From NCBI GenBank assembly GCA_038255145.1, contig JBBSLP010000006.1, forward strand, positions 57,028 through 121,027: DNA of 64,000 bases, in the 5' to 3' direction. Source of the stretch: Acidimicrobiales bacterium (GTDB taxonomy: Bacteria > Actinomycetota > Acidimicrobiia > Acidimicrobiales > CAIXPF01). This document shows positions 37,609 to 47,859 of this stretch, one piece after another; position 1 is the stretch's first letter; the number at the start of each line of letters is the position of its first letter. The notes under the pieces are model-generated. The model made no database searches and was not told where the DNA came from. It saw nothing but the letters and a program-made list of their open reading frames with translations. Both the position numbers and the translations under genes were made by a program.

Positions 37609-38784
37609 TCAGTCGCTCCCGGTGTCCGACGGCCGGGCGTCGAGCTCGGCGAGGACGGCCTCGGTGTCGGCGCCGTAGGGGCGACCGGCCCAGCGCACCC
37701 GGCCCGGGGTGGCGGACAGGCCGGCCACCAAGCCCTGCATGGTCACCCCGTCGACCTCGACGAAGGCGCCCCGGGCGGCCAGGTGGGGGTCGACGGCCAG
37801 GTCGTCCATGTCCAGCACCACGGCGGCGGCGGCGTCGACCCGCTCGAAGGCGGCCACCACGTCCACGGCCGGCAGGGCGGCCACGAAGCCGGCCACGGCG
37901 GCTTCGATCTCGGCCCGATGGCCCAGCCGGTCCTCCAGGGTGGCCAGGCCGGGGTGGCGACCGAGCCCGACCAGCTCCATGACCCGGCGGGCCACGGTGT
38001 CCGTGGAGGCCGAGATGGCCACCCAGCGGCCGTCGGCGGCCTGCCACACCCCCCGGGGCAGGCTGTGGGGCAGGCCCGAGCCCATGCGGCCCTGGAGGAA
38101 GCCGGTGGCGAACCAGGCGGGGACGATGGGCCCCATGACCTGCAGCAGGGACTCGAGCAGGTTGACGTCGACGACCTGACCGACCCCCGAATGCAGCGCC
38201 ACCATGGTGGCGAACGCCGCCGCCAGCCCGGCCAGCTCGTCGGTCAGGGCGACAGGGGGCAGCATGGGGGGCCCGTCGGGTTCACCGGACAGGGCGGCCC
38301 AGCCGGCCATGGCCTCGGCCAGGGTGGCGAAGCCGGCCCGATGGGCGTAGGGGCCGGTCTGGCCGAAGCCGGTCAGCCGGGTCACCACCAGGGCGGGGTT
38401 GCGGGCCAGCAGCACGTCGGGGCCCAGACCGAGGGCTTCGAGCTTGCCCGGGCGCAGGTTCTCCACCACCACGTGGGCGCCGTCGACCAGGCGCAGGAAG
38501 GTGTCACGGCCCTCGGCGTCCTTGAGGTCGAGGACCACGCTGCGCTTGCCCCGGTTCCACAGCTTCCAGCTGAACGAGGTGCCGTCGACGGGGTCGGGAA
38601 CCCCCATGCGCCGGGTCGAGTCGCCGTCCGGCGGCCGTTCGATCTTGATGACGTCGGCCCCGAAGTCGGCGAAGTACTTGGCCGTCGACGGCCCGGCGAT
38701 GACCGTCGAGCAGTCGATGACCCGGATGTCGGCCAGCGGTAGCGGCGCTGATGTCGCCGCCGCCGGCTGGGCGGGTTCAGGCAT
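37609..38784 (-). CDS. Family III CoA-transferase (CaiB/BaiF/Frc family)
   Basis: LADIRVIDCSTVIAGPSTAKYFADFGADVIKIE...NRGKRSVVLDLK...VVVENLRPGKLE...TGFGQTGPY. Confidence 0.9.
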   Translation of the reverse strand: MPEPAQPAAATSAPLPLADIRVIDCSTVIAGPSTAKYFADFGADVIKIERPPDGDSTRRMGVPDPVDGTSFSWKLWNRGKRSVVLDLKDAEGRDTFLRLVDGAHVVVENLRPGKLEALGLGPDVLLARNPALVVTRLTGFGQTGPYAHRAGFATLAEAMAGWAALSGEPDGPPMLPPVALTDELAGLAAAFATMVALHSGVGQVVDVNLLESLLQVMGPIVPAWFATGFLQGRMGSGLPHSLPRGVWQAADGRWVAISASTDTVARRVMELVGLGRHPGLATLEDRLGHRAEIEAAVAGFVAALPAVDVVAAFERVDAAAAVVLDMDDLAVDPHLAARGAFVEVDGVTMQGLVAGLSATPGRVRWAGRPYGADTEAVLAELDARPSDTGSD

Positions 38785-39616
38785 GGTCGGGGAGGAAGAC
38801 CAGGGCCAGCTGGCGGGCGGTGGCCAGGATGCGACCGTCGGGGCTCCACACCTCGGCGTCCTCCTGGTGGATGCCCTCGCCTGTCCCCTGGGGGTGGAGC
38901 ACGACCAGGCAGTGCTGGTCGGGGCCCACGTCGATGTGGTGGGTGCGGAAGTAGACCGACAGGTCGAGGGTGATGGTGTGCAGGCGCTGGTCGCCCAGCT
39001 GCTCACGGGCCGAGGGTGGCCAGTTGTCGGTGTAGAGGGCCAGGCGGGCAGCATCGACGGCCTCACCGGGGGTCAGCCTCAGCCAGCCCCCCACGGGAGC
39101 CGAGCTGGGCCCGTCGGGGATGGGGAAGGCGGTGCGCCGGTCCAGCCGGGCGTAGGACTCGACCGGTCGGGCCTCGGGCGCCTTGAACAGGGGGCAGTCG
39201 CCCACGGAGGGCACGATGGGCATGGGGCCGTAGTCGGCGTCGAAGGCCGTGTCCTGGGGACCGACCAGCACCACCCTGGCCTGGGAGGTGGCCCGCTCGC
39301 CCTGGCGCATCACCACGGACACGAAGGCGGCCTGGCGACCCGAGCGGTCCACGGTGACCTCGAAGGTGGCCGGGCCCTCGACGGGGGCCGACAGGTACTG
39401 CACGTGCAGGGCCCGGGGGTGCAGGTCGTCACGACCGGCGCCGAGCTGGGCCGTCTTGAGCAGCAGGGCGGCGGACAGACCGCCGTTGGGCCCGATGACG
39501 ATCCACCAGCGTCGGGTGATGTCGGCCTCGAAGCGCCCCGGGGCCACCGGGCGCAGGGCGAGGTCGTCCTCCAGGCTCTGCGGGGCGATCGTCGGCTGTC
39601 CCCCCGGATCGACCAT
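38777..39616 (-). CDS. Acyl-CoA thioesterase, TesB-like double hotdog
   Basis: ATG 39616. GPNGGLSAALLLKTA...ALHVQYLSAP...LALYTDNWPPSA.... Its 3' end overlaps the CoA-transferase start by 8 nt. Confidence 0.7.
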   Translation of the reverse strand: MVDPGGQPTIAPQSLEDDLALRPVAPGRFEADITRRWWIVIGPNGGLSAALLLKTAQLGAGRDDLHPRALHVQYLSAPVEGPATFEVTVDRSGRQAAFVSVVMRQGERATSQARVVLVGPQDTAFDADYGPMPIVPSVGDCPLFKAPEARPVESYARLDRRTAFPIPDGPSSAPVGGWLRLTPGEAVDAARLALYTDNWPPSAREQLGDQRLHTITLDLSVYFRTHHIDVGPDQHCLVVLHPQGTGEGIHQEDAEVWSPDGRILATARQLALVFLPDHA

Positions 39617-39816
39617 CAGCCGCGTCGGCCGGGGCGGTCCCGTCGCAGGGGCACGGGTTTGGCCCACCACCGGCCCGAGAAGCGCCACCGCTCGGGCTCG
39701 CCGGCGGGTACGGCGCTGCCCTCGGCCACGGGTCGGGGCCAGGCGGCCTCGACCGCGGCCACGATGGCCGCCACCTCGTCGTCGTTGGGGCCGCCGCGCG
39801 TCACCTTGAGGTCCAC
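39616..39816 (-). CDS. Acyl-CoA carboxylase epsilon subunit
   Basis: 66 aa: [29 protein letters not shown]...RWRFSGRWW, the typical AccE/PccE pattern. It starts 27 nt after the pccB stop. Its stop overlaps the next ATG by 1 nt. Confidence 0.7.
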   Translation of the reverse strand: MDLKVTRGGPNDDEVAAIVAAVEAAWPRPVAEGSAVPAGEPERWRFSGRWWAKPVPLRRDRPGRRG

Positions 39817-39842
39817 GGGTGCGAGATCGTAACCGGGACCGG

Positions 39843-41393
39843 TCAGAGCGGCATGTTCCCGTGCTTGCGCTGCGGGAGCTCCTCGCGCTTGGACGCCAGG
39901 AGCTCGAAGCCGGCCACCACCTTGCGGCGGGTCTCGGCCGGGTCGATGACGTCGTCGACGTAACCCCGCTCGGCGGCGATGTAGGGGTTGGCGAAGCGCT
40001 CGGTGTAGTCGGCCACCAGCTCGGCCTTCTTGGCCACGGGGTCGGCCGACTCGTTGATCTCGCGCCGGTTGATGATCTCGACCGCACCCTGGGGGCCCAT
40101 GACGGCGAGCTCGGCCGAGGGCCAGGCGAAGCACAGGTCCGAGCCGATGGACTTGGAGTCCATGACCACGTAGGCGCCGCCGTAGGCCTTGCGCACGACG
40201 ACCTGGATGCGGGGCACGGTGGCCTCGCAGTAGGCGTAGAGCAGCTTGGCGCCGTGACGGATGATGCCGCCGTACTCCTGGTCGACGCCGGGCAGGAAGC
40301 CGGGCACGTCCACGAAGGTCAGGAGCGGGATGTTGAACGAGTCGCAGGTGCGCACGAAGCGCGCCGCCTTCTCGGACGAGTCGATGTCGAGCACGCCGGC
40401 CAGCATCAGGGGCTGGTTGCCGACCACGCCGACCGGCTTGCCGTTGATGCGGGCGAAGCCGCACACGATGTTGCGGGCCCACGAAGGGAAGTACTCGAAG
40501 AAGTCACCGTCATCGACGACCGACGTGATGACCTTCTTCATGTCGTAGGACTGGTTCGAGGTGGCGGGGATGACGTCGAGCAGCTCGGGGCAGAGGCGCA
40601 GGGGGTCGTCCTCGACCTCGACAGCGGGGGCCTCGTCGAGGTTGTTCGAGGGCAGGAAGCCCAGCAGGTACTTCACGTCGTCGAGGCAGGACTTCTCGTC
40701 CTCGCTGACGAAGGTGGCCACGCCGGACTTGGTGGAGTGCGAGCCGGCCCCGCCCAGCTCCTCGAGGGTGACGTCCTCACCGGTCACGCTCTTCACCACG
40801 TCGGGACCGGTGATGAACATGTGCGAGGTGTGGCGCACCATGAAGATGAAGTCGGTCATGGCCGGCGAGTAGACGGCGCCGCCGGCGCAGGGGCCGAGAA
40901 CAACGGAGATCTGGGGGATGACACCCGAGGACAGCACGTTGCGGTGGAAGATGCCGCCGTAGCTGTCGAGGGAGACGACACCTTCCTGGATGCGGGCACC
41001 GGCGCCGTCGTTGAGCCCGATCATGGGCACGCCGATCTTCAGCGCCAGGTCCATGACCTTCTGGATCTTCTCGGCGAAGACCTCGCCCAGGGCGCCACCG
41101 AAGACGGTGAAGTCCTGGGAGAAGACGCAGACCCGGCGACCGTCGATGGTGCCGAAGCCGGTGATGACGCCATCGGTGTAGGGCCGGTCGGTGGACCCCT
41201 CGGCCCGGCTGCGGGCCAGCATGTCGAGCTCGTGGAAGGAGCCCTCGTCGAGGAGGTACTCGATGCGCTCGCGGGCGAGCAGCTTGCCCTTCTCGTGCTG
41301 GCGGAGCACGGCCCGCTCGGGACCGGCGTGGATGGCCTCGTCCTTGCGTTGCTGCAGGTCGGCGAGACGGTCGCTGAGGTGGTGCTCGGCCAT
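39843..41393 (-). CDS. pccB: Acyl-CoA (propionyl-CoA) carboxylase carboxyltransferase beta subunit
   Basis: 516 aa. [63 protein letters not shown] and AYGGAYVVM. Confidence 0.93.
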   Translation of the reverse strand: MAEHHLSDRLADLQQRKDEAIHAGPERAVLRQHEKGKLLARERIEYLLDEGSFHELDMLARSRAEGSTDRPYTDGVITGFGTIDGRRVCVFSQDFTVFGGALGEVFAEKIQKVMDLALKIGVPMIGLNDGAGARIQEGVVSLDSYGGIFHRNVLSSGVIPQISVVLGPCAGGAVYSPAMTDFIFMVRHTSHMFITGPDVVKSVTGEDVTLEELGGAGSHSTKSGVATFVSEDEKSCLDDVKYLLGFLPSNNLDEAPAVEVEDDPLRLCPELLDVIPATSNQSYDMKKVITSVVDDGDFFEYFPSWARNIVCGFARINGKPVGVVGNQPLMLAGVLDIDSSEKAARFVRTCDSFNIPLLTFVDVPGFLPGVDQEYGGIIRHGAKLLYAYCEATVPRIQVVVRKAYGGAYVVMDSKSIGSDLCFAWPSAELAVMGPQGAVEIINRREINESADPVAKKAELVADYTERFANPYIAAERGYVDDVIDPAETRRKVVAGFELLASKREELPQRKHGNMPL

Positions 41394-41477
41394 AGTGGGC
41401 GACAGGCTACCGAGGGGCGGGCCCGCCCTCCCAATGCGCGTGCCCGGGGTGACCCCGACCCCTACGCTGCGGCGCCC

Positions 41478-42041
41478 ATGAACGAGTTCGATGCGGTGTG
41501 CGTGTTCTGCGGTTCCAAGGTCGGTGGGGACCCCCGCTACGAGCACGCCGCCGTGGCCCTGGGGCGCGAGCTGGCCCGTCGAGGCACCGGTCTCGTCTAC
41601 GGCGGCGGGGCCGTGGGACTGATGGGTGTCCTGGCCGACACGGTCATGGCCGCCGGTGGTGCGGTCAGCGGTGTCATCCCCGTGAACCTGTTCAGCCGGG
41701 AGGTGGCCCACACCGCGCTGACCACGTTGCACGAGGTGGGCTCGATGCACGAACGCAAGGCCAGGATGTACGAGCTGTCCGACGCCTTCATCGCCCTGCC
41801 CGGGGGGTTGGGGACGTTGGAGGAGCTGGCCGAGACCCTGACCTGGGTGCAGATCGGCCTGCACGCCAAGCCCATCGGCATCCTCGACGTGGGCGGCTTC
41901 TACGACCAGCTGTGGGGCTTCCTGCAGCACACCGTGGACGCCGGTTTCACCAAGGCCCACAGCCTCGACATGGTCGTCGTCGACCCCGACCCGGCGTCAC
42001 TGCTGGATCGTCTGGCCGCAGCGGCCTCCGCCGCCGCCTAG
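41478..42041 (+). CDS. LOG-family (TIGR00730) nucleotide 5'-monophosphate nucleosidase
   Basis: VCVFCGS...[12 protein letters not shown]...[10 protein letters not shown] (PGGxGTxxE motif). Confidence 0.9.
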   Translation: MNEFDAVCVFCGSKVGGDPRYEHAAVALGRELARRGTGLVYGGGAVGLMGVLADTVMAAGGAVSGVIPVNLFSREVAHTALTTLHEVGSMHERKARMYELSDAFIALPGGLGTLEELAETLTWVQIGLHAKPIGILDVGGFYDQLWGFLQHTVDAGFTKAHSLDMVVVDPDPASLLDRLAAAASAAA

Positions 42042-42145
42042 TCGGCGAGCACGACCAGGCCCGGCCGCGGCGAGACATCGACCCGGACCGAGAGGCCGCC
42101 GTTCGGTCGGCAGCGTCGGGCGAGGCCGCCTTAGGCTCGACGGCG

Positions 42146-43237
42146 ATGCCGTTGCCCGTCGCTCCGCCCCTCCGGCCCATGCTGGCCAAGCCTGTCGCCG
42201 GGTTCGAAGCTCTGCCCGCCGGCGAGCTGCTGTTCGAGCCCAAGTGGGACGGGTTCCGCTGCATCATCTTCCGCGACGGGGACGAGGTCATCCTCGGCAG
42301 CCGCAACGACCGGCCCCTGACCCGCTACTTCCCCGAGGCCGTCGAGTACGCCCTACGTGAGCTGCCCGAACGCTGCGTGGTCGACGGTGAGCTCGTCGTC
42401 ACCGCCACCGACGACAGCGGCCGCGTCCACCTCGACTTCGACGCCCTGCAGCAGCGCATCCACCCCGCGGCCAGCCGCATCAAGATGCTGGCCGAGCAGC
42501 TCCCCTCCAGCTACATGGCCTTCGACCTGTTGGCCCTGGGCGACCGCGACCTACGGGCCGAGCCCCTCCACGAGCGCCGTCGGCTGCTGGAAGAGGCGCT
42601 GGCCGGCGTCGAGGCTCCCGTGTACCTGACCGCGGTCACCGCCGATCGCACCGTGGCCGGGGACTGGTTCAAGCGTTTCGAAGGCGCCGGGCTCGACGGC
42701 ATCATCGCCAAGCCCACCGGGGACCCCTACGTCGAGGACAAGCGGGTCCAGTTCAAGCTGAAGCACAAGCGCACGGCCGACGCCGTCGTCGCCGGCTACC
42801 GCACCCACAAGGACGGCAAGGGCGTCGGTTCCCTGCTCCTGGGCCTGTACGACGACACCGGTCGCCTGCAGCACGTGGGCGTGGCGGCGAGCTTCTCCAT
42901 CAAGGACCGCGCCGCCCTCGTCGACCGCCTGGCTCCCTACGAGACCGACGCCCTGGTCGACCACCCCTGGGGCCAGTGGGCCGACCAGGCCGCCCACGAA
43001 TCGGGGCGCATGCCCGGCGGCCTGTCGCGTTGGAGCAACGGCAAGGACCTGTCCTGGGTCCCCCTACGGCCCGAGCTGGTGGTCGAGGTGTCGTACTCAG
43101 CCATGTTGTCCGGCCGCTTCCGGGCCACCACCAAGCTGCAGCGCTGGCGGGACGACCGCGATCCCCGCTCGTGCGGCTTCGACCAGCTCGAAGAGCCCAC
43201 CCCCCTGGCCCTCGACGAGGTCCTGTCCCCTCGCTGA
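42146..43237 (+). CDS. ligC: ATP-dependent DNA ligase, minimal LigC-type (adenylation + OB domains)
   Basis: Motif I: FEPKWDGFRC. Also DGELVV, FDLLALGDRDLR, LDGIIAK and FKLKHKRTAD. Confidence 0.88.
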   Translation: MPLPVAPPLRPMLAKPVAGFEALPAGELLFEPKWDGFRCIIFRDGDEVILGSRNDRPLTRYFPEAVEYALRELPERCVVDGELVVTATDDSGRVHLDFDALQQRIHPAASRIKMLAEQLPSSYMAFDLLALGDRDLRAEPLHERRRLLEEALAGVEAPVYLTAVTADRTVAGDWFKRFEGAGLDGIIAKPTGDPYVEDKRVQFKLKHKRTADAVVAGYRTHKDGKGVGSLLLGLYDDTGRLQHVGVAASFSIKDRAALVDRLAPYETDALVDHPWGQWADQAAHESGRMPGGLSRWSNGKDLSWVPLRPELVVEVSYSAMLSGRFRATTKLQRWRDDRDPRSCGFDQLEEPTPLALDEVLSPR

Positions 43238-43252
43238 GGGGAGCCGACGGAG

Positions 43253-44152
43253 CTAGAGGTCCCGGCCCTGCACCTGGCGGGCCACCCGGGGCACCAGGCG
43301 ATCGGCCTGCAACTCGGAGGTCAGGGCCACGAAGTCGTCGGACGGACCCGCCCACTCCCAGTCGTCGACCACCCCCACCTCGGGGCCGTCGACGTCGAGG
43401 GTGGCCAGGCGGCGGTAGAGCAGGGCCTCACCCATGCGCTCGCGCAGGGTCAGGGCCAGGGCGGCCGGGCCCCGCACGCCGGGCACCTCCCACTGCTCGT
43501 GGGAGGCGGGGATGAGGTCGAGCTTGCCGTAGCGGCCCAGCACCAGGCTGGTCGACTTGGCCCCGAAGCCGGGCAGGCCGGGGAAGCCGTCGGCGCTGTC
43601 GCCCACCAGGGCCAGGTAGTCGGGGATCGACGTGGGCCCGATGCCGTAGCGCTCCCGCACGGCGGCCTCGTTGGCCGTGGTCTGCTTGCGTCGGTCGACC
43701 TGGACGACACGGTCGCCGCGCACGCACTGGGCCAGGTCCTTGTCCGGGGTCATGATCTGCACCTGGGTGACCCGGGGATCGGCGTCGGCCACCGCGGCCG
43801 CCGCGGCCAGGGCGTCGTCGGCCTCGTAGGTCACCTCGGGCCACACGGCCATGCCCAGTGCAGCGATGGCCCGCTCGACCAGGGGGAACTGGGCCTTGAG
43901 GGTGGGATCGACGCCGGACCCGTCCTTGTAGCCGGGAAAGACGTCGTTGCGCCACGACTCGATGACGTGGTCGAAGGCCACGCCCACGTGGGTGGCGCCG
44001 TCCTCGAGCAGCTGCACCATGGAGTGGAGCACGCCGCGGGCCGCGGCCATCTCGAAGCCGTCATCCGTCTGCCGGGGTGGGGCCCCGAAGAAGTGCCGGA
44101 AGAGCTCGTACGTCCCGTCGACCAGGTGAACCGTCAGTGCCATCCCCTGCAT
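43253..44152 (-). CDS. 5'-3' exonuclease / flap endonuclease (Pol I N-terminal-like, stand-alone)
   Basis: LVDGTYELFR, AFD, YEADDALA, IMTPDKDLAQ and LVGDSADGFPGLPGFGAKS (H3TH). Confidence 0.88.
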   Translation of the reverse strand: MQGMALTVHLVDGTYELFRHFFGAPPRQTDDGFEMAAARGVLHSMVQLLEDGATHVGVAFDHVIESWRNDVFPGYKDGSGVDPTLKAQFPLVERAIAALGMAVWPEVTYEADDALAAAAAVADADPRVTQVQIMTPDKDLAQCVRGDRVVQVDRRKQTTANEAAVRERYGIGPTSIPDYLALVGDSADGFPGLPGFGAKSTSLVLGRYGKLDLIPASHEQWEVPGVRGPAALALTLRERMGEALLYRRLATLDVDGPEVGVVDDWEWAGPSDDFVALTSELQADRLVPRVARQVQGRDL

Positions 44153-44224
44153 CGTCGCACGACCACCGTCCCCGACGACGGCCCGGCTGGCGCCGATGGC
44201 TGGGCGGCCGTTCGTGAACCGGCC

Positions 44225-44800
44225 TCAGGCGCCGAAGGCGCCTTCGGGCCAGCCGGGGACGCCGGTGTCGAGCTGGACGCCGGCCGAGTTCAAGAAGCCC
44301 GACACCATCCGGTAGAAGCCGGCCACCACCACCAGCTCGACGAGGGCCGATTCCGTCCACCGGGTGGCCAGCCGGGCCCACGTGTCGTCCGAGACGCAGT
44401 CATCGGCGCACAGCTCGTCGGCCAGCAGCAGCAGATCACGGTCCTCGTCGCACCAGCTGCCCTGGTCGAGGGGCAGGGTCAGGGCGAGGATCTCGTCCTC
44501 GGTGATGCCCGAGTCGAGGCCGATGACCGTGTGCTGGCCGAACTCGTAGACCGATTCGGCGTTGGCCCCCACCCGCAGGATGACCAGCTCACGCTCGCGC
44601 ACGGGCAGCTCCCCCCGGAACAGCAGGGTGCCGCCCATCTGGGAGAAGCGCTTGAGCACCCGGGTGTTGTGGGCCAGGGTGGCCGAGATGTTGAGGGTGC
44701 CGGTATCGCCGCTGCCGAACATCAGCTCCTGCTGGAGCACGGACGGTGTCGTGACCGGGACGATGCGCGGGCTGGTGGGGCGCTGCTTCCGTGCGGGCAT
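44225..44800 (-). CDS. Carboxymuconolactone decarboxylase (AhpD-like) family protein
   Basis: ATG 44800. LAHNTRVLKRF...LPVRERELVILRVGANAESVYEFGQH...VVAGFYRMVSGFLN. Confidence 0.8.
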   Translation of the reverse strand: MPARKQRPTSPRIVPVTTPSVLQQELMFGSGDTGTLNISATLAHNTRVLKRFSQMGGTLLFRGELPVRERELVILRVGANAESVYEFGQHTVIGLDSGITEDEILALTLPLDQGSWCDEDRDLLLLADELCADDCVSDDTWARLATRWTESALVELVVVAGFYRMVSGFLNSAGVQLDTGVPGWPEGAFGA

Positions 44801-44869
44801 GGCGGGGGACCATAGCGCCGGACACCCTGGTCGTGACCTAGGTTCCGACGCGGACCGGGGGTGGGGCAC

Positions 44870-45991
44870 ATGACGACAGGGCCAGGAACGCGACGACGCA
44901 AGGTGCTGGTGGCCGGCGCGTCGGGCGTGGTCGGCTTCGCCGCCGTGCGCCACTTCGCCCAGCAGCCCGACTGGGACGTCGTCGGCCTGTCCCGTCGCCC
45001 CCCACCTCACCTGGGCGCCGGCGCCGAGCTGCTCAGCGTGGACCTGACCGACCCCGCCTCGGTCCGGGCCGCGGCCCCCGCCCTCGGCGACGTCACCCAC
45101 CTCGTCTACGCCGCCCTCTTCGAGAAGCCGGGCCTGTTCGCCGGCTGGCGCGAGCGCGACCAGATGGAGACCAACCTGGCCATGTTGGCCAACCTCACCG
45201 CCGTCCTCGCCGAGGCCGCCCCCCGCCTCGCGCACGTGTCGGTGCTGCAGGGCACCAAGGCCTACGGCGCCCACGTGGCCCCCATGGCCCTGCCCGGCCT
45301 CGAGCGTCGACCCCGCCACGAGCACGAGAACTTCTACTGGCTGCAGGAAGACCACCTCCGGGGCCTGCAGGCCGCCGGGGCCACCTGGGGGCTGACCGTC
45401 CTGCGTCCTCAGGTCATCTTCGGCGAGGCCATGGGCTCGAACATGAACGCCATCCCCGCCCTGGGCGCCTACGCCGCCGTGCAGCGCCTGGCGGGCAAGC
45501 CCCTGTCGTTCCCCGGCGGCGTGCCCACCGTGTCCGAGGCCGTCGACGCCGACCTGCTGGCCCGGGCTCTGGAGTGGGCGGCCACCACCCCGGCCTGTGC
45601 CGGGCAGACGTTCAACATCACCAACGGCGACGTCTTCCGCATGACCGAGCTGTGGCCGGCCATCGCCGACGCCTTGGGCATGGAGGTGGGCGAGCCCCAA
45701 CCGTGCTCGCTGGCCGAGGACATGCCCGCCCGCGAAGCCGAATGGGCCGAGGTCGTGCGCCGCTTCGACCTGGTGGCCCCGCCCGCCCTGGATGCCTTCG
45801 TGGGCCAGTCGTTCCTCTACGCCGACATGGTGCTGGGCCGGGGACGCGACCGGGCCCACCAGCCGTCGCTGGTGAGCACGATCAAGGCCCGAAAGTACGG
45901 CTTCGCCGACTGCGAGGACACCGAGGTCATGTTCCGCCGCATCATCGCCCGGCTCCAGGACCAGCGCCTGCTCCCGCCCCGCCACTGGTGA
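44870..45991 (+). CDS. SDR-family NAD(P)-dependent oxidoreductase (extended SDR, 5-beta-reductase-like)
   Basis: KVLVAGASGVVGFAAV (Rossmann) and GTKAYG. ATG 44870 follows a G-rich SD. The track ORF begins at GTG 44861. Confidence 0.8.
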   Translation: MTTGPGTRRRKVLVAGASGVVGFAAVRHFAQQPDWDVVGLSRRPPPHLGAGAELLSVDLTDPASVRAAAPALGDVTHLVYAALFEKPGLFAGWRERDQMETNLAMLANLTAVLAEAAPRLAHVSVLQGTKAYGAHVAPMALPGLERRPRHEHENFYWLQEDHLRGLQAAGATWGLTVLRPQVIFGEAMGSNMNAIPALGAYAAVQRLAGKPLSFPGGVPTVSEAVDADLLARALEWAATTPACAGQTFNITNGDVFRMTELWPAIADALGMEVGEPQPCSLAEDMPAREAEWAEVVRRFDLVAPPALDAFVGQSFLYADMVLGRGRDRAHQPSLVSTIKARKYGFADCEDTEVMFRRIIARLQDQRLLPPRHW

Positions 45992-46030
45992 GGCGGTTGG
46001 GAGGCCACCGGCGCCAACCCAGACGACAGC

Positions 46031-46447
46031 TCAGTGCGCTGTGGGGTTCTCCTGCACCAACTCGATGAGGGTGCCGAAGGAGCCCTTGGGGTGGATGAAG
46101 GCCACGGTGGTGCCCCGGGAGCCGGGGCGGGGGGCGGCGTCGATGGCCTTGGCCCCCGCGGCGATCATGGCCTGCAACGCCACTGCGCAGTCATCGACCC
46201 GGTAGCCGACGTGGTGCAGGCCCTCGCCCCGCTTCTCGATGGCCTTGGCCACCGGGGAATCGGGCCGCGTCGGGGTCAGGAGCTGGACGTAGGACTCGGC
46301 CACCTTGAGCAGGGCCTCTTCGACGCCGTCGGACTCGACCACCTCGCGGTGGTCCACCGTGGCCCCGAAGGCCCGCTGGTAGTAGTCGATGGCCGCCTCG
46401 AGGTCGGTCACCGCGATGGCCACGTGGTCGATCTCGGTCAGCAGCAC
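46031..46447 (-). CDS. Methylmalonyl-CoA / ethylmalonyl-CoA epimerase (VOC superfamily)
   Basis: GTG 46447 follows GGAGGAG. IDHVAIAVTDLEAAIDYY...VEEALL...GLHHVGYRVDD...AFIHPKGSFGTLIELV. Confidence 0.9.
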   Translation of the reverse strand: MLLTEIDHVAIAVTDLEAAIDYYQRAFGATVDHREVVESDGVEEALLKVAESYVQLLTPTRPDSPVAKAIEKRGEGLHHVGYRVDDCAVALQAMIAAGAKAIDAAPRPGSRGTTVAFIHPKGSFGTLIELVQENPTAH

Positions 46448-46491
46448 GGTGCGCTCCTCCACTCCACTTGGACGAACTCCACTTGCACGGG

Positions 46492-47826
46492 TCAGCCCCG
46501 CTCGAACAGGCGGATGCGATCTTCGCCGATCCGGGCCCGCTTCTCGGGGTCGTCGATGCCCAGGTCCCGCTCGGGGGCCAGGCACAACACGGCCAGCTTG
46601 CCCTCGTGCATGTTGTGGTGCACCTGGTAGGCGGCCTCGCCGGCCTCGTCGAGGTCGAAGCAGCCCGACAGGATGGGCTGGATGGCGCCCCTGTCGATCA
46701 ACCGGTTCATGTCCCACGCCTCCTGGTAGTTGGCGAAGTGCGAGGACACGATCCTCTTGAGCTTCATCCACAGGTGGCGGTTGTCGTACTCGATCATGTA
46801 GCCGGACGTCGCCGCACAGGTCACGATGGTGCCGCCCCGGGCGCACACGAACACCGATGCCCCCATGGTGGAGCGGCCCGGGTGCTCGAAGACGATCTCG
46901 GGATCGACGCCCACCAGTGAGCGCACCTTCTTGCCCAGACGGCGCCACTCGCTCTCGTCCTGGGTGTGTTCGTCGCTCCAGAACCTGTAGCCCTCGGCCG
47001 CCCGGTCGATGGTGGCGGCGCAGCCCATCTTGTTGAGCAGTTCGGCCTTCTCGGGCGAGGACACCACGCCGATGGGGGTGCCGCCGCCGTTGAGCACGAG
47101 CTGGGTGGCGTAGCCACCGATGCCACCCGTCGCCCCCCAGATGAGGACGGTGTCGCCCTGCTTCATGCGGGCCGCGTGGCGGCCCACCAGCATGCGGTAG
47201 GAGGTGGAAGCGCACAGCCCACTGACCGCGGACTCCTCCCACGACAGGTGGCTGGGCTTGGGCATGAGCTGGTTGGCCTTGAGCACGGCCAGATCGGCCA
47301 GGCCGCCGAAGTTGGTCTCGAAGCCCCAGATGCGCTGGTTGGCGGCCAGCATCGAATCGTCGTGGGCCGAGGGGTCCTGGTCGTCGAGGTAGTTGCAGTG
47401 GGCCACGACCTTGTCGCCCGGCTTCCAGTTGCGCACGGCCGAGCCCACGGCCAGCACCACACCCGAGGCGTCCGACCCCAGCACGTGGTGGTCGAGCTTG
47501 TGGCGGGCCGCCCACGTCGACTCCCGGGCCATGCGGTCGAGGAAGCCGAAGGTGGAGAGGGGCTCGAAGATGGTGCTCCACACCGTGTTGAAGTTGATGG
47601 ACGAGGCCATGACGGCCAGGTACACCTCGTCGGGGGCGAGCTCGGGGGTGGCCACCTCGCCGATGTGCAGGGCCTTGCGGGGGTCCTTGTCCTTGGAGGC
47701 GATGCCCTCGAACATGGTCTCGTCCTCGCGCCGCAGGTAGGCGGCGCGGTAGGACTCGGGGATGGGGATGGCCGCCAGCTCTTCGCCGCTCGCGCCGCCC
47801 TGTATGGCCTGGAGGATCGCCTGCAT
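46492..47826 (-). CDS. ccr: Crotonyl-CoA carboxylase/reductase
   Basis: Near end-to-end similarity to the Streptomyces Ccr sequence as I remember it: KDPRK..., FEP(L/V)STF, QRIWGFETNFGGLA, NQLMPKPSHLSWEE, YRFW.DE.TQD..EW.R.GK, TCA.TSGYM.EYDNR.LWM.LKRI..SHFANY.EAW..NRLI. Confidence 0.95.
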   Translation of the reverse strand: MQAILQAIQGGASGEELAAIPIPESYRAAYLRREDETMFEGIASKDKDPRKALHIGEVATPELAPDEVYLAVMASSINFNTVWSTIFEPLSTFGFLDRMARESTWAARHKLDHHVLGSDASGVVLAVGSAVRNWKPGDKVVAHCNYLDDQDPSAHDDSMLAANQRIWGFETNFGGLADLAVLKANQLMPKPSHLSWEESAVSGLCASTSYRMLVGRHAARMKQGDTVLIWGATGGIGGYATQLVLNGGGTPIGVVSSPEKAELLNKMGCAATIDRAAEGYRFWSDEHTQDESEWRRLGKKVRSLVGVDPEIVFEHPGRSTMGASVFVCARGGTIVTCAATSGYMIEYDNRHLWMKLKRIVSSHFANYQEAWDMNRLIDRGAIQPILSGCFDLDEAGEAAYQVHHNMHEGKLAVLCLAPERDLGIDDPEKRARIGEDRIRLFERG

Positions 47827-47859
47827 GATGCCGGAGGGTACCGGCCGATCCGGCTTCGC

